Origin: Macrostomum lignano
Lineage: Eukaryota
NCBI GenBank assembly: GCA_002269645.1
Contig: NIVC01001016.1
Coordinates: forward strand, 124,001-188,000
Direction: 5' to 3'
Length of the DNA stretch: 64,000 nucleotides
The position numbers and the translations under genes were made by a program. The notes below the pieces were generated by a model. The model saw nothing but the letters and a program-made list of their open reading frames with translations, had not been told where the DNA came from and did no database searches. Shown one piece after another: positions 10,725-38,103 of the stretch. Numbering within the stretch: the first letter of the stretch is position 1; the number at the start of each line of letters is the position of its first letter.

Positions 10725-13161
10725 TCAAGCCATACGAGAAGCATTGGGATCTTGGCCGCAGTTGTTGCAAATCTGATCATCTGTCTGACAAGCAATGCTA
10801 TTTTGCTGCTTCTGCTGCTGCTGCTTTTGCTGTTTAACTTCTGGCTGCTGCTGCTGCTGCTGTTGCGGCGGCAGCTTCGGAGGCCATTCAAGCGTTTCAA
10901 GCAGGTCCACTGGTCTACCCCGAACCGTCACAATCTCCCGGTTGAACTTGGTGAACAGGCAGTCGAGATCAACTTGGAGTTTAGCCACGCGTGTGTAAAA
11001 CACGCGCGAACCAGCGCTGCTGCAGGCTTCGCCGTTTCCAGTTTGCTGCTGCTCCGGTGGCTGCTCCTGCAGTTGCTCCTGCGGCTGCTCCGGCTCCGAC
11101 TGATTTTCGGGTCCGGGCGCCTGCAGGCTGATCTCCTCCATGGTCTCTGAGATTCGACGACAGCGCTCCTCTGTCTCTTTGATCGACTCCGCGCGTCGCT
11201 GTTCGTAGCGCTGGGGGTGGAATAAAAATTCAATATACCCGCTTTATTTACTACTTGTAAGCGGCTGAATCAGTAAGATAGCTGTAGTGCATGTTAAATA
11301 ATAGAAGGAGCGTCATCCAGTTGACAGGGGTCATCAAAGCTAGCCAGTGTAAGTTAGGTAAAGGACAGGGGGTCATCTGACCCCAAAGCTAGCCAGTGTA
11401 AGTTAGGTAAAGGACAGGGGGTCATCTGACCCCAAAGCTAGCCAGTGTAAGTTAGGTAAAGGACAGGGGGGTCATCTGACCCCAAAGCTAGCCAGTGTAA
11501 GTTAGGTAAAGGACAGGGGGGTCATCTGACCCCAAAGCTAGCCAGTGTAAGTTAGGTAAAGGACAGGGGGGTCATCTGACCCCAAAGCTAGCCAGTGTAA
11601 GTTAGGTAAAGGACAGGGGGTCATCTGACCCCAAAGCTAGCCAGTGTAAGTTAGGTAAAGGACAGGGGGGTCATCTGACCCCAAAGCTAGCCAGTGTAAG
11701 TTAGGTAAAGGACAGGGGGTCATCTGACCCCAAAGCTAGCCAGTGTAAGTTAGGTAAAGGACAGGGGGGTCATCTGACCCCAAAGCTAGCCAGTGTAAGC
11801 TAGGTAAAGGACAGGGGGTCATTTGACAAAAGGCTTGCCATAGGGAGACGGGAGTGGAGGTAGGGAGAGGAGGTCATTGACCCCCTCAAAATTAGATCAA
11901 TAATTGCCCCATGTCCCTAATAAACAATAAAAACCAATGAAACTCAGCGAACCTCTTTCCTCCGCTGGGCGTCAGCCAGTTTCTTCTCCAGCGCCATCTT
12001 CAGCTCGTGCCGGCCCCGGCGCCTCGGGTAGGCGGCCAGCCGCTGTCTCAGCCGGGCCGGCATCTCCGCGGAGATCGACGCGTCGGCTGCGCTGGCAGCT
12101 GCAGCGGGCGCGTCGTTCCCGTTGGTTTGGCCAACAACGAAAGCTGTCGCTGGTCGATGCTGCCACGAAATTGATGTCGATGTAGTAGCAGTCGGTGCTG
12201 ATGCAGTTGCAGCAGTTGTCGATGTCGACGTCCTAGACGATGTCGACGGCGAGTAGCCCAAGCCGCCGCCGAAAGCCAGTAGCGGCGGGCCAGCGAACAG
12301 GGCGCAGTTGGTTCGCTCCACCTCGCTGTTGAAACGGCCCAGAACCTCCTGTAGGTCGTGGCGTAGTCGAACGTAGCGCTGGACAACTTCGGCTCGAGAC
12401 GGCGGGCGTCGGGCATGGAGGGTCTCCATCGCCTCGGCGACTCGGCGGCATCGAGCTTCGGCTTCGCGAGCGCTGGCAGCGCGCTTTGCGAATTGTTTCT
12501 GAAATCGAGTTTGTTGAAACTTTTCACCTTTATCTGTATTTACAACATGCTCATTCCCTGCATGCTACTGGTTAGTTAGCATCAGTAGTGTAGTAGAGAT
12601 ATGCAAATAAAGTTTCTTTATTACTCAAGTAATTCTTTCATGCAAATGAGTTACCTGACCAGCCTTATTTCATTCCAGGTGGACAAGGAGAAATTATTTA
12701 CAAAGCGGCACGCAAACCCAGGCAGGGCATTAGTCAAACACCCATAATTAATAGCGAAACTTAAATGCTTGATTCATCAAAATGAGAGCTTGAGCAAATG
12801 AGAACGAATGTGAACCGCGCAAAGGCATTTTCGCGTGTGCTAAATTACTAGGTCAATGGGCGTTGTCGCGGTGAAAGTTCCCTTAAACTAACCTGGCGTC
12901 TTTGCTCGGCTCTGGCCAGCTTCTGGTCAAGCTGCTCGTTAGTTGGTCGACACTTGCGCTCGCTAAGCAGGCGTTTACGCAGTCGATCGGGCAAGGCGGT
13001 GGTGGCGGTCCGACGGTCTCAGCCTCGACAACTTGCGTCGTGGTTGCGTCGTGCATCTGAGCGTCTTCTGTGTCATTACCGTTACAATTAGTAGTGTCAG
13101 TAACGTCCGTAATTACAAAAGCCGTAGCCGTTTTTACTGATTGATTGTCACTAGTTGACAT
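10725..13161 (-). CDS. Unrecognised multi-exon gene; protein with two copies of a helical module and a stathmin-like segment
   Basis: GC-rich exons 12533-11953 and 11210-10725 join in frame (phase 0; GAG|GT donor, ttccacccccAG acceptor). Putative first exon 13161-about 12895 has an AG|GTTAGT donor but its phase does not match the next exon, so that junction is unresolved. Confidence 0.65.
11335..11825. repeat. Intronic minisatellite, 49-50 bp unit, about 10 copies
   Basis: gctagccagtgtaagttaggtaaaggacagggggtcatctgaccccaaa; each unit contains a GGGGTCA-TC-TGACCCC hairpin. Confidence 0.95.
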
Positions 13162-13793
13162 GATTTAATATATTCTTTTTAGTATTTCCTGCCAAATTCT
13201 CAACTCTCGTCAAACTATCGGATAGACTTTAATAACATCCAATAATCTTAATGGCTAATTTATAATTATATACTGAGCTACTAACGCCTCACGAGCTGTC
13301 GTTTCTCTCAGCATTCGTTGGGTGTTTTTGGACTTTTATTGATTTCAGTCAGCTGAGCGGAGTGGGGGGGGGCAGTGGAACGAGTTTTAATATAAGATAG
13401 GGGGCGAGGGAGAGAAACCCCTGTCTGTTTACTGGCCTGTTTATCGAAGGGAGTAGGGCCGGTAGAGGCTTCTCTTTCATTTTCTCTCCTGAAGGCTGGG
13501 GTAATGGCAGGGGAGGAATGTACATTAAGCTTGTGAAGAGTGTACACTGCCGCCGCGGAAATGGGGTGGCGGGACTGGAGGGGGAGAGAAGCGCAGCTGG
13601 AAGGACTTTGAAGCGCAGTGTACATCTAATTTCAGGAATTGGCGGAGGCCACACGGTGGAGAGAGAAAATATCGCGGGGTAGAGAGAAGACGGAAAATGC
13701 CTTTTTGGACTTGCCGTGAACTTATTTCACCCTTCTGGCTGGAAATAGTCCTTGTCCGTAGCGTAGTCTAGGCATCAGAATAAAACGGCTTAA

Positions 13794-14310
13794 TCTCTAC
13801 CTATAAAAATCAAAACTCTGTGTGTGTGTGTGTGTGTGGACAATTTTGATCGCTATGGACTCCCAAACCGCTCAACCAAATTACACCAAACTTTACACCC
13901 ACCCTAAACTTACTACGGAGAATGTCTTAGGCTACCTTTTAATTTCCTAGACTCAAGTCTTCCTACCTAAAAGTGCAAAAAACTGCTCAAAATGCGCGAT
14001 TTTTTCACTAAATCCTCCATAGCGCCGCTTCACTTCTACCGATTCTCTTCAAATTTGACACAGACAATTTTCAACTATTTTGACACAATCGTGTAAAATT
14101 TCAAATCTCAAAGTTAATCCTGAGCGGTGCTGTGCACTTTTAAAGTTTGGCTGTTTTTTTCAGCGAGGCAGCCACCCCAACCTCCGCCCGCCTGCCTCTC
14201 TTTCCCGATCTGGGCAAAGGGTGTGAGTAGGTTTTAAAATGCCTAACTTTCGGCTGCCATAGTTTTGCTCCACGTGAAGCGATTGACTTCAAATTTGACA
14301 CAATTCTTTA
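13794..14310 (+). mobile_element. Non-autonomous Helitron/HINE-like element, 5' portion
   Basis: A|TC start followed by tctacctataaaa, a (TG)n microsatellite and a body segment like that of microsatellite-bearing Helitron derivatives. No 3' hairpin/CTAG end found. Confidence 0.4.
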
Positions 14311-14989
14311 TTGACTCATTCTCTGTCTACATGTAAAGTCTCAACTCTGTATCTCAATCAGGACAGAAACTGTAAGCATGTGAATTTTGTCTGCTTTTCT
14401 GTTGTTTGTGCCTCTCACTCACTCATTCCCCCAGCCCAGACGAAGGGTCAGGCGATAGGGCTCAATGTACTTAGCGAATGTACAGTGTTTTGGAATAACT
14501 TTTTAATAGCCTTCTCGGCACCCCGCGCGCGGAGAGGCGTGGAGAGGAGAGACAGTTTCAGCGAGAGATTCAAACCACTGTCCTCTGTATAGACAAGTCT
14601 GCAGCCGTTTAACAGTGGATGGCAAATCAAGGCGATGTGGGATGGTTTATAAAAATAGCGAAAAATTAATGAATAACTGATTAGTAGTGATTACAATGCA
14701 ATCCTACTAAATTAGTTACACCATGAAAATTTTAACATCAAGATTCGCATAAGGTACTTTAAAATTTAAATGGCTCCTAAGAAATACGTATTTCCTTGGT
14801 TGCTAGACTGCTGCAGACTGTGGTGGTGGAGCTGGGCTGGAGGGAGATACACAAATTCCTCTCAGGGCTGCTAATTGGCCAGAAATATGATGTGATTAAA
14901 GCATAACAACTATGAGAGTACTACGTCCCACAAACGCTTTCGAAGCGGGGATTGACAGACTTTAACCTCAAATGCCAGATAAAGAATCA

Positions 14990-16420
14990 AGCTCATGGCT
15001 GATGAGATGAGAGTGAAAAGGAGAAGGAATAGACTATAAGAAGAGAGGAGAAGCGAGAGGAGGATAAGAGAAAAGATAGAAGACAAGAAGAGAGATGATG
15101 GGGTAAGGATAAGGAGTGAGCAGATAATATTGGAGTAAGAAGCGAGAGGAGGGGAGAGAGAAGAGAGAGGAAAGAGTAGAAGTGAGAAGAGGGAGAGAGA
15201 AGATGGGAGAGATGAGACAGGATCGATGACAGAGGAGAGCAGAGAAGAGTGAGAAGAGAGTAGAGATGAGAGATGAAGGAGGAGAGAGCAGAGTGCAGAA
15301 AGGCGAGAGAAGAGAATAGAGGGGAGAGAGTATAGAAGAGAGAAGAGAAGAGGAGTAAGGAAAGAGAGTAATCTGAGGAGGGTAAAGAGAAGAGTACACT
15401 GAAGATTGGAGAGTACAGATGGCAGAAAAGAGAGGGGATGAGAGTGAACACGATATCTGAGAGGAGAGAGGAGAGAGGAGTCAGATGAGGGGAAAGAGAA
15501 GAGTACAGAGGAGAGAGGTGAGAACATACGAGTATACGAGAGTAAAGATGACAGATGAGAGAGGGAAGATAAGACTAAGAGAGCAAAGACGAGAGTGAAC
15601 ACAGGAGAGATGGGAGAGTAGAGAGAAAAGAGGATAGATAAGAAATAAGAGATGAGAGATGAAAGGTGAGACAAAGGGAGAGAGAGAGAGAAGTGAGTGA
15701 GGAAAGAGGAGGGGAGGGGAGAGAATCGAGAGGACAGGGGAAAGAGGGGAAAGGATGAGAGAGGGGTGAGGAGAGAGAGGGAGAGATAGAGGTAGAGAGC
15801 ATGCAGAGAGAAATGAGAAGAGATAAGAGAGAAAATATAAAAGAAGAGAAAGGTGAGATAGATAAGAGAGCAAAGACGAGAGAGGAGAGGTGAAGGAAGA
15901 GACGATAGAAGAGAGGACAGAGAGACGAGAGAGTACAGAGTACAGAGGAGGGAGGAGAGGAGAAAGGAGAGAGGAGAAGTGTTCGGAGAGGGTAGAGTAA
16001 GGAGTGAGAAGAGGGGAGAGGGAAGAGAGAATAGAGAGTAGAGAGCAGAGAGAAGATAGTAGAGAGCAGAGAGAAGATAGTAGAGAGCAGAGAGAAGATA
16101 GTAGAGAGCAGAGAGAAGATAGTGCAGATCGAGCAGAGGGAAGATAGAGTAGAGAGCAGAGAGAAGAGAGAGTAGAGAGCAGAGAGAAGATAGAATATAG
16201 AGCAGAGAGAAATGGGAAGAGATAAAACAGGAGAAAGGGAGAGATAAGAGAGCAGAGACGAGAGAGGAGAGGAGAGGAGAGAAAATAATAAGAGGGAATA
16301 GACGAGAGAAGAGGGGATAGAAGAGAGAGAGAAGAGACCATAGACCAGAGAAGAGAGAAAACAGAAGAGAAGGTAGAGATAGAAGTTTCTAAGGATCCAA
16401 CTTCAAAGGGACACAAGGAG
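14990..16420. repeat. Purine-rich (GA-type) low-complexity tract, about 1.4 kb
   Basis: Almost exclusively G/A on the + strand; the S/L/P-rich minus-strand ORFs are by-products. Confidence 0.9.
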
Positions 16421-17392
16421 AGGCAGAGGCCATGAGTTTGCCTGACATTCTGTGCAGCACCCCAACCAACAATATTAATGTTTGCTTCAAATACTAATTG
16501 TACACGAATGTACTCTATTTTATGTTTAACTCTATCCTAAATTCCTAACTGTTAAAAAGTTTTTGTTTAAGTATGGGCTCAGATTTCAGAATACATGCAA
16601 AAATAGTTCCGGGGGTTGGAATTCCCCGGGTTCAAATTCCGCGGGTTTCAACAGCTTGTGCATTATATGACGATAAGGATTGTATAATGGCCTTTTAAAA
16701 GCCCGCCCTCTCTCCCATAGTAATTAGTTGGCCTCTTAGTTGACTGGGGTCTAGATTTTGCCAAAGCTATTATATCAATTCCACTTTTTCAGGCAGCTCG
16801 GAATTCTAACGATTGAGACTCAGAGAAAACCACTAAATGGCGCAATTTTCCTTTTTGCATGAGTTTTATTTTTAAATATATATTTCTCGTGCTTAGATCT
16901 GCTTATTTTAAGTTAGTCATGGCCCATGGGCAACGCAGAATTGTTTAAGTTGAAGAATTTGTCACGTGTTTTTTTATTATTAGTCGACCGCTTCTCTTTC
17001 GGGATTGAAGTTGGTGTGGGTGGTGGAAATTTCCTACACCCCCCCAGTAAGAAACTCAGATCTGAAACAGGCGTATCGATATTGATTGCGCGGGGGACGT
17101 GCGGTCGAGTGTATTTCCGCATTTTTGTATATTAATTTTGCGTTTGTAAATCCGCCTGACTTACTCCTAAGCAATGCGTACACGCAAAAATCGATGCCGC
17201 CTCAAAAATGAAATTTTGTTGCCGCTTTAAGCGTCTCTTTTTGGCACCTGAATTTTCGCATGGCAACTAATAAAAAGGGTAAATTTATTTATAGTGCAAC
17301 ATAGCAAATAAATACACGTAATGTAATGTCTTTTCCCAATACTGTGAATCAAAATGAGCTATCTGTCGGAAATTCAATTCGTCACTCGGAAG

Positions 17393-17595
17393 CAGTGGCG
17401 AATCCTGGATTTTTCCCGGAGGTCATGACCCCCCTTGCCCCCCCCCCCAATTTTTTTCTGGTGGGGGTCCGTCAACCCCCTTGACCCCCCCTTACAATTT
17501 TCTCCAGTGGGGGTCAGCCAACCACCTTGACCACCCTAATTTTCTCCGGTGGGGGTCAGCCAAACCCCTTGACACCCCGCTAGATCCGCCGCCAC
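17393..17595. mobile_element. MITE with CAGTGGCG(G)ATC-type termini
   Basis: Left end cagtggcgaatcctgg, right end ctagatccgccgccac, with internal GGGGGTC..ACCCCC sub-repeats. Confidence 0.6.
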
Positions 17596-18489
17596 TTTTC
17601 GTAAGTACAGTATTAAAAAATAAATAAATTCTCTGAAGGAAGGCATATAATTAATTAGTGCTTTATTAAATCGCTATATATAAAGTTTCTAAACTAAGGT
17701 GTGTATATTTGCGATTAACTGACTGACTGACAGCGAGGTGAACTAAAAAAGAACATACAAACAACAGAAAAAGCAAGCAACTAAAAAGATTTCTATATCG
17801 TAGAGGTATTTTAACTTGGGCATAGAAAACTAACTGTATCTAAAAACTTAAACTATTTCGTTGCTATGATAAGCTATACATGTGGAATAAATATTGCCTG
17901 GAATTAGCTAAATTCAGCATAGCATACTGTGTAGAGTCTAATAAGCCTTTAAAAAACACGGAAAAACACCCAAAAAACGAAAACATTTCTGACGAGATAA
18001 TCTTATATCTTCGTCTATAAAAGCGCAAAGATCACAACAAAAATGCCGTTGAAATCCAATTATAGCTGAGTGAAATAACAAATTGCAAAACGACGACAAA
18101 AATAATTCACTTGAACGATAAAACATTGATTGCTTTTTTCCGTACCAGACCATAAAGAAGAAATGTATAATGTATATATATATTTATAGTAACAACATCT
18201 AGTATTATGCTTTGTTATAGTTTGTAAAAACTGTACATGCTATTGTCTGATGAATTGGCGGTCTGTCAATTCAACCTACGCTTTAGTAACGATAGCTAGA
18301 GACCTGTAAAAATCAGTTATTATTTTATCAGTATTGCCAACCATATAAAACATTCACAAATGGAAAATTGAAAAAAACAACATTGATACTCAGACTCATC
18401 AAACCGACTAAAAGTAATCTAAGCAAAAGAAAATAAAAATATTGTCATTACATCAATTACCGCAATTGGTTTTAGGAACTATTTATTGG

Positions 18490-18584
18490 TGACGTCATCA
18501 TAGACTATTCTAGTGACGTCATTGGGCTAGTGACGTAGCTTTTTGCTACTAAGGATATTTATGTGACATTAGCAAGTGACGTCA
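18490..18584. promoter_or_regulatory. Cluster of CRE palindromes (TGACGTCA x3 plus one near match) just 3' of the NSF stop
   Basis: TGACGTCA at 18490, 18514 and 18577; TGACGTAG at 18531. Confidence 0.4.
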
Positions 18585-18622
18585 TTGATAATGTTATTAA
18601 ACATCCACATATTTATTAAGCT

Positions 18623-33640
<15,018 letters not shown>

Positions 33641-35427
33641 TTTCTTGTCTTTTGAGCTGCAAAAGAAAGCATAAAATGAACTGCCAATTAGCTATTGAAA
33701 ATTCTAGACAATAATATGATAAAAATAGTTTATTCATATAAGCTTAATGACTAATGATATACCAATGACTTTAAATTGTGTAATGTATTTCTTTATGAAG
33801 TTTAAAAAGGATATCAATCAAGTATATTAAATATAAATAATGTAAATATTTGAAAGGAGAAAAATTTAAATTAATGTTATGACCAACTTTTTAGCAATTA
33901 AATAAAAACATTCAATTCATAGCAAAATTTGAAAGTCTACAGTTTAAAAATAAAAAACACAAAATTCAGGGCCTGTTATAGGCCTAGCATATACAAAACT
34001 AAATTTTTATGAAGTATAGCTATTCTAGATACAAAAAAGCAATTGATACTCTCATTTAGCTTTTTTTCTATCACAATATGGGTATCACTAGACACTTCTA
34101 GTATATACTGACTAAAAGAAACAAATTAAAATAACTTAAGACTCAATTAGCAATAAAACCTAGGGCCTAAGCTAAACTTTAGGCTGAATAAATATGTTCC
34201 AAATTAATACTTCCTTTCTTCTAAGCTTGGTGCATAAATTCATCAATTATCTTTAAAATTTCAAGATGTCTATGTCAAAACAATTATTTTTACCCAATTA
34301 AAACTTAAAAGAATTACCATATAAAAATATTATGTAGCCTGCTTATAGCTATTGTAGACATCCCTAACTAGTTACATATAGCTTAATATATATATAACTC
34401 AGAAATAAGTATGCACTAGTGAGTGGCAGTGGTGGCGTGAGCACTAGGCCTAAATAAAAGGTCCAAGATTGTTTTAGTTGGTTCAGTCATGTTCAAACTT
34501 GCTGTTTGCGTAGTTAAAGTAAAAATCAAGTTCGAGACAGACCATGGTATGGTGCGATGCCAATAAAAATGTTAAGGGATATTTAGTTGTACCAGTTAAA
34601 ATTAAAAAAATATTGTCTAGTAGATCAGCTACAACCTACACGTACAGCACTTCATTTTTTCAGTACTAAAGCAGGATACAATTCTACTAGTGTACAACTG
34701 GAGCTTAAATGGTAAGTTCTAACTCCTGCAGATCATACTCTACTCTACACGGACGGACCGACCTTACTAGTAAATAATTAATTATATAAAAACTGCTTTC
34801 AAACGATCGATCTTAAAAATGCGCCGAAACTAAAAATAACAACTCTACTAAGTAAAAGAAAAATATTCTTGTACTCACGAAAGATTTGATTGCTAGAGTC
34901 AGATTCTGAATCAAAGTATTTTTTCGATTACTCAATTTTCCCTAATTATCTTAGTCGTAAATAGCATGTGCTGGCATTTATCATTTTGTTTTCTATTTCC
35001 GTGGCCTCGTTAAATACTATGTACTTTATCCGTTTCTTTAGAAAGCAAATACAAAAAAGTTTGTAAAAGCTACATCGTCTTTGAATTGCCAGTTTGGATT
35101 TATGTACTTATGTACATGTAGTTACATGCATATATACTGGTATGTATGCATGTACAGCTATACATGTACGGTACATGTGACATGCACATCCACGCACTGA
35201 TTAAGCTCATAAAGCGTAGTCGGCATAATGATAAAGCTGCAGCCAATCCAGTTTAGCGTAAAACAGATTATGCATGTACAGTTGTCAACTGTATTTTTAG
35301 GCTAGTAGCTGGTCGAAAATTTACGATGGAAGATAGAAATGTGATATTTTTGTAATAATTCCTCTTGGCATGGACGTCCATCAGCCCGATAGAAAATCTC
35401 GTTTTTAATTGTAGCACATGCATGTAA

Positions 35428-35652
35428 CGGGACGCTTTCATAAGACCTAAATTTCACAACGTCTAAAATCATTGCTTCTTTCCTTCACATTTAGTTTTAG
35501 GTGTTGTGAAATTTAGGCGATATGAAGTTTAGGCGATATGAAAGAGCATGCAGATTTTTAGTCGTTGTGAAATTTAGGCGTTATGAAATTTAGGTGATAT
35601 GAAGTCATGTGCTTTAGGCGTTGTGAAATTTAGGTCTTAAGAAGCGCCCCCG
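35428..35652. mobile_element. MITE with about 33 bp terminal inverted repeats and internal GAAATTTAGGCG sub-repeats
   Basis: cgggacgctttcataagacctaaatttcacaacg ... cgttgtgaaatttaggtcttaagaagcgcccccg. Confidence 0.75.
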
Positions 35653-37969
35653 GCCCCATGTAAACATGTATTAGCATGTACCATATGTACATGTACTATT
35701 TTAAATTCATGACGCATGCATTTTCACCGTCGCAGCTCATTCAGCGATTTTATTTTAATGTACATTATGCATATAATAAATTTGTACCTGCTACAAGGAA
35801 TAATTTTTCCGGCCACTGAAAAAGTGATTGGATGCATGCAAGTGGCAGGTGCTCAAATTTCGGTTTCGGCCACCAGCCTACAGGTAAGATGTAAGAAAAG
35901 CAAAGTGCAGCAGTCGAGGGCTGTCACAATGGATTTTATGGTATGTGGACAAAAAATTTTGGAGTTTCGTATTTTTACCACATACATATGTACTGTATGT
36001 ATGTTGCCTACCGCCTCTGTGGCAGTCTTGGACGACAGGACAATAGAAAGCAAGTACAACGTGTACGTCGTGTACATTTAATTACATTCAGCACATGTGC
36101 ATGCAGTACATGCAGTACGTGCACCCTACATTCGGTCAAGACGCAAGATTGAAGACCTTCCCGTACAGCAATCCGACGTCGGCGACGTCTGGCTGATGTT
36201 CCCGACGTCTTTTATCGTTTATCGATGAGAAATATGTGCTTTTACATTGCGCCCACGGTAAACGACGTCATGTGTCGGCTGAACTTCGATATAATGACAA
36301 TGTAAAAAATGCATATCTGTGTCTGGATCATGGACGTCAACAGAAGAATTGAACGTTGGTGAGGTCGCCGGCGTCGGATTGCTGTACAGGCCTTTGTGTG
36401 TGCTGGTCAAACTTAACTTTAGGTCAGGAATCGAGGCCAATCAGGCGGAGTTTTACATAAAAGTTTGTAAAACGAAAGTTAATTTCACTTAAGTTTGTAT
36501 TTTTTAGAAAAGTCTAATTTATGGTTATTTTTTCAGCAATCAGTTTGTGTGCGTTTCCAATAGATTTTGGTCTTAGTATATAGCTTTCTGCTATACATGT
36601 ACACGCTAAAAACTACTGTAAAAAAGCATCTTAACAACTATAGATCTAAACAACATGTACACCGCGTATATGCTCCAAAAGTTTAAAAAACGATGAGGTT
36701 TTTTACAAGCAGGTCTTATGACGCTGCAGTGAGCAGCTATAATTACAGGTACACGTAAATTACACTAATTACACTAATTGGCGGTAAATTCTAATTAAAA
36801 GTGAGACTGCAGTTCGCTGGGTGCATACTCGTATGAGAGCTTTAAGACCCTATACGCGTCGGAATCTTGTCCATTTGTTGACTTAACCAATTAACTCCGA
36901 GTACAGGGTACTATATAATTGTCGCGCTACAATGATCAAACGCTAAATTGCATACTTTAATGGTACGAGCTATAAACTTTGAACTTCCGTACGAAAATCT
37001 TCAACTCTGGAAAGTATTAGTATATTTGACTGTAAATGTTAAATAGTGTTACTCTAAGACGCTATAATGAGCTAATTATACATACGAACTCTACACTGTG
37101 TTCCAACTTATTATTCAACTTAGATTCTTTATTCAAGCTAATGGTAAACATTTTGGACAGACATGCACGCACACAGGCCAATAGATTCGATAGCAGAGTT
37201 TTGCACAATTTAGCCCATATAAATATGTTTTTATTAGCTCGTGTTTAATACATTCATCGTCCTATCCTTTTGGTGCGCAGTGAAAGTTATTTAATGTACT
37301 GCCATATTATAAGCCCTTCTTAGATTGGCCCGAAGTTGGCCTATCCTGAGACTTAGCTGCGTTTACTATATAATTCAAATGTATATAAAGGCCGTCTCGC
37401 GCAAAGTGACAGGGTAGAGGGGTCATCATTACACACCATACTATACACTTGTGCAGATAGAAATACATAACAGGCAAGAGATTACACAAACGGAAATATA
37501 ATTTACTTAAACTTTTTAAAACAATAAATTATTCCTAGCCTCTCTCTACTGAGGTTTAGTTTGAGGTAAGTTTTTTGTTCGTTTTTAGTGCCTTTACGCT
37601 TTAATCGAAAATTAAAAAGTTACAAGTTGCAACATAAATTTTACGGGTCGAATAGCTTTAAGCCAGTCGTTTCCGCTAGCTCACAGCTTAAACAAAATTG
37701 ACGATGTGAAATTTCGAACTAGTAAAGTTTCGAACTTGAGAAGCTTCTGTAAGGTTGTGAATTTTGCTGTCTTTGACGATTTTGAAATTTATAGCTTCAG
37801 CTTGTGAAAGTGAAATTAAAGCGACCCTTATCGTTGATAATTTTGGCGATTCTCTTGTTATAGTAGGGAAGAGAAAATCCCGAGTTTTGCCAATCCCGGG
37901 ATTCTCGGGATCGGGATATCATATGGACTTCGAAAATTCCGAGATTCTCGGGATCGGGATATTTGCCAA

Positions 37970-38103
37970 TTAAAATCAGATTAGATGGCTTCGTAAATCA
38001 AAATTGCACCAAAAAGATTAGAAACTTTTTTAATCCCGGGTTTTTCCGCGGGATCCGGGATCCCGGGAATTTTGATTTACGAAGCCATCTAACCTGATTT
38101 TAA
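37970..38103. mobile_element. 134 bp MITE/foldback with about 36 bp inverted termini, inside an ATCCCGGG-rich element
   Basis: ttaaaatcagattagatggcttcgtaaatcaaaatt ... aattttgatttacgaagccatctaacctgattttaa (one mismatch). Confidence 0.75.

Noticed and set aside
12048-12527. Alternative reading frame (MKSFNKLDF...) for exon 2 of the unknown gene
   Set aside because: It would fit the exon 1 phase using a different acceptor, but it lacks the duplicated module and stops before the donor at 11953.
14910-16416. Long S/L/P-rich minus-strand ORFs (also 29129-30421, 22383-23379, 31683-32550, 40975-41970, 46373-47153, 48009-48481, 50846-51562, 52044-53065, 62902-63453)
   Set aside because: All coincide with simple or tandem repeats that happen to lack stop codons.
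35943-36152. AYRLCGSLGRQDNRK resembling transposon-associated P2X7 C-terminal-like motifs
   Set aside because: Too short, and the conserved W, LP and IR residues are missing.
36219-36440. ORF MASIPDLKLSLTS as NSF exon 1
   Set aside because: The real match (KCPSDELSLTN) is at 33640-33543 and splices in phase.
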